Assembly (NCBI GenBank): GCA_043813585.1 | Contig: JBDRKW010000006.1 | Location: 79,444-143,443 of the forward strand | DNA length: 64,000 bases | Direction of reading: 5' to 3' | Source: Candidatus Kerfeldbacteria bacterium | GTDB taxonomy: Bacteria; Patescibacteriota; Patescibacteriia; UBA9570; XYC2-FULL-38-9 | In this document: positions 9,012 through 18,349 of the stretch, in pieces | Layout: every line of letters starts with the position of its first letter | How positions within the stretch are numbered: the stretch's first letter is position 1 | Notes under the pieces: generated by a model | Told to the model about the DNA's origin: nothing | The model's input: the letters and a program-made list of their open reading frames with translations, nothing else | Database searches by the model: none | Made by a program: the position numbers and the translations under genes

Positions 9012-9599
9012 TTTGTCCTGAATTTCTTTGAATAATTCGCCAAGCTTTTGCTGGGTTCGGCGTTCCAGCTGTTTTTGTTTGGGCGCCTGCCAGTTGATGA
9101 CGGCGGTTTTCCATGCGTCAGGCGAGAGCGCCTGCCCATGCTCGCCGTAAAAAACATTGAGATACCTGTCCGGCACGGCTAATCCGTTCTCCCGGCAAAT
9201 AAGAAGGTGGGGTATTTCATGAAGCATCTTCCTGCCGGATGCCATATACGCCAGCGTCGTATGGTGGCCGTCAAATAGAACGATCTTCCCGCCATGCACC
9301 CTGACAAGCTTGATGTTTGGAAGCCCGTCAGGCTCCAGGATGTCCTGTCCAGTGCCGATCTTTCGCATCATCTCCCTGATGCGCGGAAGCGACTGCATGC
9401 CTCCGACGTTATGCAATGGGATAATGTCGTTAAGTTCAATATCAATTTCTGCTGAATCAGTATTCAAACGCGTGTGCCGCCCGCTTCTTATGCAATCAAC
9501 AGCGTCGTACAATGAGTTGCTGTCATCTGCCGGAAGGGTAAAGCAAAACACCTCTCCGTCCGACAACTCTTTCATCTGAATCAGAGCGTTAAAATCCAT
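9006..9599 (-). CDS. Hypothetical protein with ParB/sulfiredoxin-like DGHH motif
   Basis: 197 aa containing KIVLFDGHHTTLAYMASG, which resembles the ParB-nuclease-domain DGHHR motif. Otherwise unrecognised. Confidence 0.4.
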   Translation of the reverse strand: MDFNALIQMKELSDGEVFCFTLPADDSNSLYDAVDCIRSGRHTRLNTDSAEIDIELNDIIPLHNVGGMQSLPRIREMMRKIGTGQDILEPDGLPNIKLVRVHGGKIVLFDGHHTTLAYMASGRKMLHEIPHLLICRENGLAVPDRYLNVFYGEHGQALSPDAWKTAVINWQAPKQKQLERRTQQKLGELFKEIQDKL

Positions 9600-9601
9600 G
9601 C

Positions 9602-9976
9602 GCTAGAGATCCTGATTATCACGCGTGGCAATCTCCGCGCACTCGTATTCGGAAACGCCCGGTCCGGAGCCTGAATACTCGCAATTCCGTCCGCAGCTGT
9701 AATCCCATTCCTCATCTTCCCATCCGCCTTTGTCCACTTGCTCCAGCGCCCATTCCTGGCAATCTTCAAGCGTTTCAAAGTCGAACGTGGCGTTTTCCGT
9801 TTCAGTTCCATGGGTAACGGTGCCTTTCCACGGCCGTTTTCCGCTGCAATTCCCGATATAGGCAATAAACGCAATGATAATGATAATACCGATAATCGTG
9901 CCGATAACCTTCTCCCACTCGATCTTTTTCTTCTCCTTTTTTTCGGGTTCTATAGGTATTGCGGTTAATAAGCATT
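9602..9976 (-). pseudogene. Small membrane protein ORF interrupted by a frameshift at a T7 (A7 sense) homopolymer
   Basis: The ATG at 9976 opens MLINRNTYRTRKK. One frame over, from the 7-nt run at 9938-9944, a clean ORF reads EKKKIEWEKVIGTIIGIIIIIAFIAYIGNCSGKRPWKG...EYECAEIATRDNQDL*, a TM helix plus an acidic Cys-containing domain. Six instead of seven A residues would join them into a 119-aa protein. The track ORF 9581..9874 is the wrong frame. Confidence 0.4.
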
Positions 9977-10012
9977 ATTATATCCCAGCCATAACAACTC
10001 GTACATAGAATA

Positions 10013-10088
10013 TGGCTCGGGCGGCAGGGCTCGAACCTGCGACCTCCTGGTTAACAGCCAGGCGCTCTACCAACTGAGCTACACCCGA
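10013..10088 (-). tRNA. tRNA-Asn (anticodon GTT), CCA encoded
   Basis: The reverse complement folds as a cloverleaf: acceptor UCGGGUG/CGCCCGA, D-arm GCUC-AGUUGGUA-GAGC, anticodon loop CUGUUAA (GUU), T-arm GCAGG-UUCGAGC-CCUGC, then GCCA. Confidence 0.9.
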
Positions 10089-10090
10089 AT

Positions 10091-10114
10091 ATAAAAGACC
10101 GGCGTTTCCGCCGG
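10091..10114 (-). terminator. Rho-independent terminator after the secreted repeat-protein gene
   Basis: Perfect 6-bp stem CCGGCG/CGCCGG with a TTTC loop. On the minus strand it is followed by TCTTTTAT. Confidence 0.4.
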
Positions 10115-10253
10115 CCTCGCTTATGTTGATTCGTCTGAAACTTAGATCAACGCAAACGGCGCCAGCGGATGCTGGGTATTGGTATTGCCGTTATTGTTGG
10201 TTGTTCGTTTCATAATGCGAATAGGTTACGCCAATTTTGGCGTTTTGTCAAGA

Positions 10254-11219
10254 CTACTCCTTGCTCGACTCTGTCAGGTACATCGAAATCTGGTTAGAGT
10301 AGGTGCCGCACTTACCGCCCAAATACTGGCATACGCGGACGAAATACGTTCCTGTACCATCATGCGCATACACCTTGCCGGAGGTTGCATACGGATCGCT
10401 GTAATACCCGTATGTATCACCGTCGCGCAGCGGATATTCCGGGCCGGAGGTGCGTGACCACACCAGCTTGAACCCCTTTGAAGAATAACCGTCAACGCTC
10501 CAATTCACCTTGCCGTCGCCGGCATCTGAAAGCGCAATCGAATTCACGATAGATTCAGGCTCTTCCAGGTACACCTTCACCTGGTTGGAGTAGGTGCCGC
10601 AGCGGCCTTTGTCAGAAAGGTATTCGCAGACGCGGACATAATAATTGCCCGTACCGTCTTTCGGGTACACATCGCCGTCGCGCGCGTCAGATTTCATGTA
10701 CGTCGCATAGTCGCCCGATTCGGTCGGATACTGCGGCCATTCATTCTTGGACCAGACTAACTTTTGCCCGCCGGGCGTTGCGCCGTCAACGCTCCAGATA
10801 AAATGCATATCCCCGACATGCGACAGGCTGATTGACTTTGCCTCTCCCTCGAACTTGGTCTTGATCTTGCGATTTCTGAATGGGCCTGAAACCGCTTTGC
10901 CGTCCTTCGCCTTCACACGGAACCTATACCTCTTATTCGACTTCAGTTGCTTGATTGTCACGCGGTTCGTCCACGTCCGTTTCTTCGTTATCAGCTGGCC
11001 ATTGTTCGGATTAACAACGCGCGTGACATACCGGTCCGCGCCTGAAACAGCTTTAAAGGCTAATTTAATCTTATGAGCGCCACGATAACGAATCTTGACC
11101 CATTCTACCTGGCCGAGCCCTGTAGTTTCGTTTGACCGGTCCGTTGTTTCAGCTGCGCTCGCCTGAACGGCAAACAGCATGCCAACAACCAGCATCGGAA
11201 CGATGAAAAGTTTTTTCAT
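10254..11219 (-). CDS. Secreted protein: signal peptide, FN3-like domain, two tandem ~95-aa Cys-pair repeats
   Basis: 321 aa. N-terminal MKKLFIVPMLVVGMLFAVQASA signal. Internal repeats SISLSHVGD...YYVRVCEYLSDKGRCGTYSNQVKVYLEE and SIALSDAGD...YFVRVCQYLGGKCGTYSNQISMYLTE. Confidence 0.55.
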   Translation of the reverse strand: MKKLFIVPMLVVGMLFAVQASAAETTDRSNETTGLGQVEWVKIRYRGAHKIKLAFKAVSGADRYVTRVVNPNNGQLITKKRTWTNRVTIKQLKSNKRYRFRVKAKDGKAVSGPFRNRKIKTKFEGEAKSISLSHVGDMHFIWSVDGATPGGQKLVWSKNEWPQYPTESGDYATYMKSDARDGDVYPKDGTGNYYVRVCEYLSDKGRCGTYSNQVKVYLEEPESIVNSIALSDAGDGKVNWSVDGYSSKGFKLVWSRTSGPEYPLRDGDTYGYYSDPYATSGKVYAHDGTGTYFVRVCQYLGGKCGTYSNQISMYLTESSKE

Positions 11220-11313
11220 ACGCGTATCAATTACAAATAAATTATGTTTGTCTTATCTTACACGAAAAATCGCCCGTGTCAAAGCGGACGATCCTCAATT
11301 GAACACCTTTAGT

Positions 11314-12603
11314 CTACGGGGTCAACCGGTTTATCATACGCGGAAACGGGATCGTCTCGCGAATATGATGGATGCCCGCCATCCAGCGCGTGAGGCGTTC
11401 GATACCGAACCCAAAACCGCTGTGCGGCACGCTGCCGTATTTCCGCAAATCCAGGTACCAGTCAAAAACGTCAATCGGCAGACGGGCCTCTTCCATGCGC
11501 GCTTTCAATGTATCGTAATCGTCCTCACGCTGGGAACCGCCGATGATCTCGCCAAATCCGCGCGGCGCAAGCATATCCGCGTTCAACACAAGTTCCGGGT
11601 TTTCCGGGTGCTGTTTCATGTAAAACGGCTTAATCTTCCCGGGCCAGTTCTTCACGATGACAGGAACAGCCGAATCCCTGGTAAGCAACTCCTCGTCATC
11701 CGCGCCAAGGTCATCACCGTACGCAATATCCGAACCGAGTTTCTGCAACGCAGGGATCACCTCATTATACGTCATATGGATAAATGGCGCGTCAACAACC
11801 GCCTGCAACTCCGCCGGATCGCGTTCCAGTATTGTAAGCTCCTGCAAGCCGTGTTCCAGCACGTACCGCATCATGTGCTTAACCGACTCTTCCTGGATGC
11901 GCAGGCTCTCCTCGTGCTCCACATACGCCATTTCCGGATTCAGCGACCAAAACTCGGTAAGGTGCTTCCTTGTCTTCGACTTTTCCGCGCGGAAGTTCGG
12001 CCCCAGGTCATACACCTTGCCGAACGACATGCACAGCGCCTCCAGGTACAGCTGGCCGTTCTGCGTCAGGTACGCTTTCGTGTCAAAATATTCAACCTCA
12101 AATAAATCCGTCGTGCCTTCGCATGAAGTCGGAGTGAAAATCGGCGTGTCAACCTGAATGAAACCGTTCGAATCGTAATACCCCTGCAGGCCGGCCTTCA
12201 CCAGACGTCGCAGACGCAACACAGCCCACTGTTTCGGGACACGCAGCCACAAATGCCGGTGGTTCAGCAAGAAGTCCGGCCCGTGTTCTTTCTTGCCGAT
12301 CGGATACTCCTCCGCAACCTGAATAATCTTCAGGTTCTGCACCTGCAATTCATACTCGTCCTTTTTCGGATGCTTGGAAACCGTGCCGGTGATCTCTACG
12401 GACGATTCAATCGTCACCGTGCCGGCCGCCTCCCACACCGCTTCCGGAACCTCCGGCTTGGAAACGATGGCCTGGGCAAAGCCGGAACCGTCGCGCACCT
12501 GCAAAAAAGCAATCTTTCCGGAAGATCGGAGGTTATAAACCCATCCGCGAATTGCCACCTCCCGGCCGACACAGTCTGAAAATTGTGATATTGGGGTAGT
12601 CAT
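11314..12603 (-). CDS. asnS: Asparaginyl-tRNA synthetase
   Basis: 429 aa class IIb enzyme. Motif 2 is NFRAEKSKTRKHLTEFWSLNPEMAY (AsnRS-type FRAE...T.RHL.EF) and motif 3 is GFGFGIERL. An N-terminal OB fold is present. Confidence 0.85.
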   Translation of the reverse strand: MTTPISQFSDCVGREVAIRGWVYNLRSSGKIAFLQVRDGSGFAQAIVSKPEVPEAVWEAAGTVTIESSVEITGTVSKHPKKDEYELQVQNLKIIQVAEEYPIGKKEHGPDFLLNHRHLWLRVPKQWAVLRLRRLVKAGLQGYYDSNGFIQVDTPIFTPTSCEGTTDLFEVEYFDTKAYLTQNGQLYLEALCMSFGKVYDLGPNFRAEKSKTRKHLTEFWSLNPEMAYVEHEESLRIQEESVKHMMRYVLEHGLQELTILERDPAELQAVVDAPFIHMTYNEVIPALQKLGSDIAYGDDLGADDEELLTRDSAVPVIVKNWPGKIKPFYMKQHPENPELVLNADMLAPRGFGEIIGGSQREDDYDTLKARMEEARLPIDVFDWYLDLRKYGSVPHSGFGFGIERLTRWMAGIHHIRETIPFPRMINRLTP

Positions 12604-12604
12604 A

Positions 12605-13345
12605 TTATTTGCCCTCCCCTTCCTTTTTTTCCATCATTGCTACTGCCTTGTCCATGGCAATATTCTGGTTCTTCACCTCTTCATAGCGCAGTACGGCAAG
12701 ATGCTCTTCCACCTGGTCGAGCAAACGCGCACGCGCTTCCGGAGTGAGGAATGTAAATTGCAGCTCACGCAACGCTTTAATAGTCGGATCCATTTTTGTA
12801 TCTGCAAGCACGGATTTACCGAACGCATACTCGAGCACTTCATTCGCGCGCTTCTCGTCATACCCGGCATCGACCAGCCGGCAAAACCGCACCATCTCGT
12901 CCATTAGCGGATCAATCTCATCGAATCGTTCAGCAATGATCTTGCCCGGCAGCACGTATTCCTTGTATTCCGCTTCAACCGAATCAAGATCCGTATCCTC
13001 GCCTGCCTGCACATCTTCGCGGATCTGCGTCAGAAAATCACTCACGATAAAATCAACCATTTCGATACTCACTGTTTCCGCCGCCTCAAAATAGTCGAAC
13101 AATGCTGACTTCACCATTGGCCGCCGCAGCGACTCCGGCGGCTCGGACAGCAGCGCAAACAGCTGCGTGCGGTCAGAGATCTGCCGCTCCAGGTCATTAT
13201 ACTCAAGAATAGACTGCGCCAAATCCTCGATCTTCTTGATCGTGGCCTGTTTCGCCACAAGTTCCGTTAGTTTTGCCTCGAACTGTTCTATCTCCTCCTG
13301 GAGCTGTTTTTTCTTCTCAAATATTTGTTCTTGCGTAATCATCAT
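12605..13345 (-). CDS. Hypothetical acidic coiled-coil protein
   Basis: 246 aa with no recognisable family. Tightly coupled between the ATPase (4-nt overlap) and asnS (1-nt gap). Confidence 0.45.
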   Translation of the reverse strand: MMITQEQIFEKKKQLQEEIEQFEAKLTELVAKQATIKKIEDLAQSILEYNDLERQISDRTQLFALLSEPPESLRRPMVKSALFDYFEAAETVSIEMVDFIVSDFLTQIREDVQAGEDTDLDSVEAEYKEYVLPGKIIAERFDEIDPLMDEMVRFCRLVDAGYDEKRANEVLEYAFGKSVLADTKMDPTIKALRELQFTFLTPEARARLLDQVEEHLAVLRYEEVKNQNIAMDKAVAMMEKKEGEGK

Positions 13346-16035
13346 AATGTTTCTTGCACTCGTAGATGCCGTTTTCGCGACACGATAAATGCGTATTTAA
13401 TAATTTCAATAATAACCATGACGCCAATCGAAACGGCGATAACAACTCCCCAGTCCTCCCAGCCAAGCGGTACGGTTCGAAGAACTTTCTGCAAAAATGG
13501 TACATAAAACGCCATTATCGTAAGTCCAAGGGATAACACTACAGATAGGTGCAACCAAACATTATTAAACGTAGAACGGTGGAATATTGAATGACGAAGG
13601 CTGCGGACAGAATAGACGTATAACAATGAATCAAGCGTCAATGTGGCAAACACGACTGATCGCGCATGGTCAACATCACCGGATGAGTGCCAATACAGCC
13701 AAAAAATTGCAAGGCAACTTAAGCCGGTCACAATACTAATAATGGCTACCAGCAGCTTCATCTCAAAATTCATAACCGGTTCTTTGAGCGAACGCGGCTG
13801 TTCTTTCATTACCGCCTTATCCCGAGGATCAATGGTCAGTGCAACATCCGGCAAACCATCGGCAACCAGGTTTATCCATAGAATCTGAGCGGCAACCAAC
13901 GGCAGTGGAATGCCGATAAATAGTGCCAGGCTGATAAGAATAACTTCAGAAAACGAATCAGAGACCAGGTACATCACGACTTTCCGGATATTATCGAAAA
14001 TACCCCGGCCTTCCTCAACCGCAGCAATAATCGTCTTGTAGTTGTCATCAAGAATCACGATATCAGAAACTTCCTTTGCCACGTCTGTGCCAGATCCCAG
14101 TGCGATTCCTATGTCAGCCGCTTTCAACGCCGGAGAATCGTTCACACCGTCGCCAGTCATAGCAACAACCTTGTCCTTCTGACGCCATGCTTCAATAATA
14201 TTCAGCTTGTCTTCCGGCGATACGCGTGCATACACAGAGATCTCCTCTACACGTGCATTCAGCTGTGCCTGCGTCATCTGGTGCAGCTCCTCGCCTTCCA
14301 GAATATTTTTTTCACCAGACGGCAAACCTATCTCGCGGGCTATCGCCTGTGCTGTGAGCTTATGGTCGCCGGTGATAAGCACTGTGCGAATACCGGCTTC
14401 TTTTGTCTTCTCGAATGTTTCTTTGATGCTCGGCCGCAACGGATCTTTAATGCCTGCAAACCCGACAAACGTCACATCAGTACAGCAGTCCACTCCCTTG
14501 AGGTTATCCATGTCTGCCGGTACATCCTGGTACGCAAATGCCAGGATACGCAGACCCTGGCTGGAAAATTCGTTAAAATATTTTTCAAATTTCTTCCTGT
14601 TTGATGCCGAAAAATTTTCCGCATGCGCACCGATATGCAGCTTGGACGACATATCTAATATAATTTCTGGTGCGCCCTTCATATAAATCCTGCGGCACTT
14701 CTTCTTTGGCTGCTCATGCAGCGTCGCCATATACTTGATCTTCGAACTGAACGGAATCGAATCCAATCGCGGTTCATGTTCCAAAAGCTTCGCCACATCC
14801 AGATCAAGGTTCATGCCGGCCTGCAGCATCGCACGATCAGTAAAATTACCTGTTATCACTACGTCCTCAAGCTCTGAACCGGAATGCAGGATATGCCCAT
14901 CGTTGCAGAGCATACCGATATTCAATACAAACAACAATTCCTTCAGGCCTTTTTCATCCGTCCGCTCCTGAACATTAAAGTCCTTGAAGTGGTAGTCATG
15001 CGTAACAAGGGCAACCACCTGCATCTTGCCTTCGGTGATCGTACCGGTCTTGTCCGTACAAATCACACTGGTTGAACCAAGCGTTTCAGCCGCCTGTAAA
15101 TTCCGGACCAGCGACCCGCGTTTTAGTATGCGCTGCATGCCGATTGCCAAAATGATAGTTACACCAACTACTAAACCTTCCGGAATTGCAGAGACGGCAA
15201 CGGCAACTGCCGTCGTAAAAATCTCAACAAACCTCATGCCTTTGACTAAACCAATAACCAGTACAAGCGCACTGACAACGATAATAACAATGCCGATATT
15301 GCGACTAAAACGGTCCAGCTTTTTCTGTAGAGGCGTTTTATCATCTTTTGTTGTTTTTAACAGCTCTGCAATGCGGCCAATCTCTGTTTGCGCACCCGTG
15401 TGAACCACGAGCGCCTTTGCTGAACCTTTTGTAGCTGTCGTCCCCAAAAACACCATGTTTGTCCGGTCGCCAACTCCGGCACTGGCATCAACCGGGTCTT
15501 GCTGTTTCTCAATTGCAACCGACTCGCCGGTTAACGGCGCTTCATTCACCTCAAAATCATTAATTTCAATCAGGCGCGCATCCGCCGGTATCTTATCGCC
15601 GGCATTTATAAGGATAATATCCCCCGGAACCAAATCCTCCAGCTTAACAGCAACTTCCTGGCCATCGCGCAACACCTTGGCGTCAATCGTAATCACCTTA
15701 TGCAGCGCTTCTAGTGCCCGCTCTGCTTTCATCTCCTGGATAAACCCGACAATCACATTAATGATAATCGCAGATAAAATAACAATCACGTCAGTATACT
15801 CGTGCAGTGCATAACTGATAATCGTCGCAATAAAAAGTATAACGGTGAGAAAATCCCTGAACTGCGTCGCAAAAATAAAAAGCCAGGTGCGCCGCTTGCC
15901 TTCAGGAAGCTTATTAGGCCCATACTGATCTAATCGCTTTTGTACTTCAGCTCCGGTAAGCCCGGTTGCTGATGACTGCGCAGCGATAAGCGCATTATCG
16001 ACGGATAATGTATGAAACTCCTTTTTTTCACTCAT
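13342..16035 (-). CDS. Cation-transporting P-type ATPase (type IIA, Ca2+-ATPase-like)
   Basis: 897 aa. Phosphorylation motif ICTDKTGTITEG, TGES actuator motif (PLTGES), hinge MTGDGVNDSPALKAADIGIALG, ten predicted TM segments. Confidence 0.9.
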   Translation of the reverse strand: MSEKKEFHTLSVDNALIAAQSSATGLTGAEVQKRLDQYGPNKLPEGKRRTWLFIFATQFRDFLTVILFIATIISYALHEYTDVIVILSAIIINVIVGFIQEMKAERALEALHKVITIDAKVLRDGQEVAVKLEDLVPGDIILINAGDKIPADARLIEINDFEVNEAPLTGESVAIEKQQDPVDASAGVGDRTNMVFLGTTATKGSAKALVVHTGAQTEIGRIAELLKTTKDDKTPLQKKLDRFSRNIGIVIIVVSALVLVIGLVKGMRFVEIFTTAVAVAVSAIPEGLVVGVTIILAIGMQRILKRGSLVRNLQAAETLGSTSVICTDKTGTITEGKMQVVALVTHDYHFKDFNVQERTDEKGLKELLFVLNIGMLCNDGHILHSGSELEDVVITGNFTDRAMLQAGMNLDLDVAKLLEHEPRLDSIPFSSKIKYMATLHEQPKKKCRRIYMKGAPEIILDMSSKLHIGAHAENFSASNRKKFEKYFNEFSSQGLRILAFAYQDVPADMDNLKGVDCCTDVTFVGFAGIKDPLRPSIKETFEKTKEAGIRTVLITGDHKLTAQAIAREIGLPSGEKNILEGEELHQMTQAQLNARVEEISVYARVSPEDKLNIIEAWRQKDKVVAMTGDGVNDSPALKAADIGIALGSGTDVAKEVSDIVILDDNYKTIIAAVEEGRGIFDNIRKVVMYLVSDSFSEVILISLALFIGIPLPLVAAQILWINLVADGLPDVALTIDPRDKAVMKEQPRSLKEPVMNFEMKLLVAIISIVTGLSCLAIFWLYWHSSGDVDHARSVVFATLTLDSLLYVYSVRSLRHSIFHRSTFNNVWLHLSVVLSLGLTIMAFYVPFLQKVLRTVPLGWEDWGVVIAVSIGVMVIIEIIKYAFIVSRKRHLRVQETL

Positions 16036-16126
16036 ATATTCATTTATTCAAGATGAACCGTACCATTTTCAATACAAAAAATCAACGGTCAATCCGTTGA
16101 TAATCCTACTGTGCGTTGCGGCCGTT

Positions 16127-16327
16127 CTAACTCGGCGGGGATAGCTTATCTGCCAGTTTTGCCAGCACGATAACGATGGCGACGAACAGGACGATGGCGA
16201 AGAAAAACACCCCTACGCCAACAAGCAACGCCTTTTGCAGTGCGCCGGCCTTTTCACCGGTCGCAATCTCCTCCAGATCGTCTTTTGTCTCTTTTATTTT
16301 CTTTAGCTCTTCGCGAACTGTCGACAT
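16127..16327 (-). CDS. Small single-pass membrane protein
   Basis: 66 aa with a charged N-terminus then the hydrophobic helix LLVGVGVFFFAIVLFVAIVIVLA. Only ORF-level support. Confidence 0.3.
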   Translation of the reverse strand: MSTVREELKKIKETKDDLEEIATGEKAGALQKALLVGVGVFFFAIVLFVAIVIVLAKLADKLSPPS

Positions 16328-16395
16328 AACTGGTCATTATTCTACACGAATTACGGCCATTTGAAAAGCCCCATAATAGGGGCATTTCTGCTGTG

Positions 16396-16469
16396 TGGGG
16401 CGTATAGGATTTGAACCTATGACCATCTGCTTAAAAGGCAGTTGCTCTACCAAGCTGAGCTAACGCCCC
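16396..16469 (-). tRNA. tRNA-Lys (anticodon TTT)
   Basis: The reverse complement GGGGCGUUAGCUCAGCUUGGUAGAGCAACUGCCUUUUAAGCAGAUGGUCAUAGGUUCAAAUCCUAUACGCCCCA folds as a cloverleaf. Anticodon loop is CUUUUAA. Confidence 0.85.
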
Positions 16470-16522
16470 AAAAATGCCTGAGGGATTATATCACCCGCTC
16501 ACGAAATAATCAAGGGCAAAGT

Positions 16523-18346
16523 TTATGCGGCTTCCTGCTCTTTTCTAATCCTAGCTAAAAACTCCTTCTTCGTTTCCTCATACGGATCCCACTCGTCTTT
16601 TAACCGTTTCATGCGCTCATTCCGTAGCTTCATCTGCCTATCCTCTTCAGCTTCATCCTTCAGACGAGCTTCTTTCAATGTTGGATCAGCCTCTTCTGCG
16701 GCCAATCGTTCCAGATGTTCTTTCGTCGTCGATTCCTTATAAGGATCCCAGTCCTTGAGTTGTTCAGCCCGCTTGATTCGTTCTTGTTCCTGTCTCTGAG
16801 CCGATGCTTCTCTCTGTTGAGCTTCAAATACTTGATATTTCAAATCATCAATCTGTTTTTCCAAATCACTCTGAACCGCATCCCGTTCGTCCCGCCGTTT
16901 GCTCATCATAAACTTGTCCGTGCCCTGCTTTTCCGCCTCGTCATAGAGCAATTGTTCCTCGGTCAAAGAACGCGCAGTTCGTTTCAACGCCTCATACGCC
17001 GTATGCAACGCTGTCCTCGAACCAAAGCCCTCGGCTTCCATTGGACGGGAAGATAATTCTTGGAAATGATCCATATCTACGCCCGCCTCTTCCAGCTGGC
17101 CTTGGACAAATTTATCTTCAGCTGTCGGCTCTGACGTTTCTGGTCCTACATATTGTGCGGCTAACTCAGCTGTTTCCGGATCTACCACTCCCTCCTGGTT
17201 CACATCAATATTATTCGCCTGCGCTACCTCATAGATTTTAAGTGCAAGCTCTCCGCACAACTGCTCGATATACCGCTGCTTGGAAATATCGCCCTCCTTA
17301 AAACCTAGGTGGTCTTCGGTCATCTTACGGATAGTGTCATACAACCGCTCCAGCGAATCCCGCGGGCCAAACGGCTCTTCTGGCAGCTGTTCAATAATTT
17401 TCCTGTATGCTTCCATGTCTGCTTTTGCTGTTAATAGCTCCTTGCTCACACGCTGCTCTAACGCGGCTTCCTCGGGTTTAGGGTAGTAATGTTCATTCCG
17501 TGCTTTTTTATATGCTGCATCTACCCGCTCCTCTTCTGCCAACTTTTTTGATAGCTTCTCCAGCCGTCTCTTTTTTAACGCAGCATCGTATTCTCCGGGA
17601 TATGCCTCATGCTCTCTACCTAATACCTCTTTCTTCTGATATCTTCTAGCTGCCTCATCCTGCCGCTTTGCATATTCACGTTGCCGATCCAACCCCTCTG
17701 CAAAAGACTCCATCGCTTTTTCCCACCGTGCATCCTCTGAAGCTTTTCGAGCGCGCTCCTCCCGGTCCTTCTCAATGGCCTGCTCCAACGGCAATCCCGG
17801 ATACTTGTCTGCGTATCTCCTTCGAACGGCTGCCCGCGCTTCCCGATCCAACTTTGCTTGCCGTTCCTCTTCTCTCCGTTCCAGCCATCTCTCATGATCT
17901 TCCTTTGACTGCCTGCGTTTTTCAGCATCACGCCTTCCCCGCTCGATATTCTCATCCGTAAACGCCTGCCCCTGCCGCTCTAGCTTCGCAGCTTCATACT
18001 GCTTATTCCACTCATGACCCTCTGCCCACAATCGGGTTTTTCGTTGCTCCGGTGTTTCATAATACGGCTCCTCCTCGTACGCCTCATGGGGCGCTAGTTC
18101 CCTTCTACGAGATTCAGAAAACGGATCATCATCAGAAAGATGTTCGTCTATATCATCCGGCATGTCGCCTCCCAGCTCTTGAACTCGTTTTGCAACATCC
18201 TTGTTCTCCGAAAAAACATCCTGCACACGGCCCACGAGACCATGCAAACCTGTGCGCTTTTTCTCTACAGGACTCCCCTCTTGTTCCTCCCCTTCAGCAG
18301 CCTGTTCGCGTCGTCGTCTTCGTTCGTCATCCTCAGCCATATGCAT
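16523..18346 (-). CDS. Hyper-charged (E/R/K/D-rich) coiled-coil protein of unknown function
   Basis: 607 aa with no TM and no recognisable catalytic motif. Long helical ER/EK-rich stretches. The C-terminus carries a duplicated motif (KDWDPYKESTTKEHLERL and KDEWDPYEETKKEFLARI). Confidence 0.55.
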   Translation of the reverse strand: MHMAEDDERRRRREQAAEGEEQEGSPVEKKRTGLHGLVGRVQDVFSENKDVAKRVQELGGDMPDDIDEHLSDDDPFSESRRRELAPHEAYEEEPYYETPEQRKTRLWAEGHEWNKQYEAAKLERQGQAFTDENIERGRRDAEKRRQSKEDHERWLERREEERQAKLDREARAAVRRRYADKYPGLPLEQAIEKDREERARKASEDARWEKAMESFAEGLDRQREYAKRQDEAARRYQKKEVLGREHEAYPGEYDAALKKRRLEKLSKKLAEEERVDAAYKKARNEHYYPKPEEAALEQRVSKELLTAKADMEAYRKIIEQLPEEPFGPRDSLERLYDTIRKMTEDHLGFKEGDISKQRYIEQLCGELALKIYEVAQANNIDVNQEGVVDPETAELAAQYVGPETSEPTAEDKFVQGQLEEAGVDMDHFQELSSRPMEAEGFGSRTALHTAYEALKRTARSLTEEQLLYDEAEKQGTDKFMMSKRRDERDAVQSDLEKQIDDLKYQVFEAQQREASAQRQEQERIKRAEQLKDWDPYKESTTKEHLERLAAEEADPTLKEARLKDEAEEDRQMKLRNERMKRLKDEWDPYEETKKEFLARIRKEQEAA

Positions 18347-18349
18347 CAG

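Noticed and set aside
9581-9874. 97-aa minus-strand ORF from the track
   Set aside because: Arg-rich, out-of-frame reading of the real small membrane-protein gene. The adjacent frame gives a TM helix and a coherent domain.
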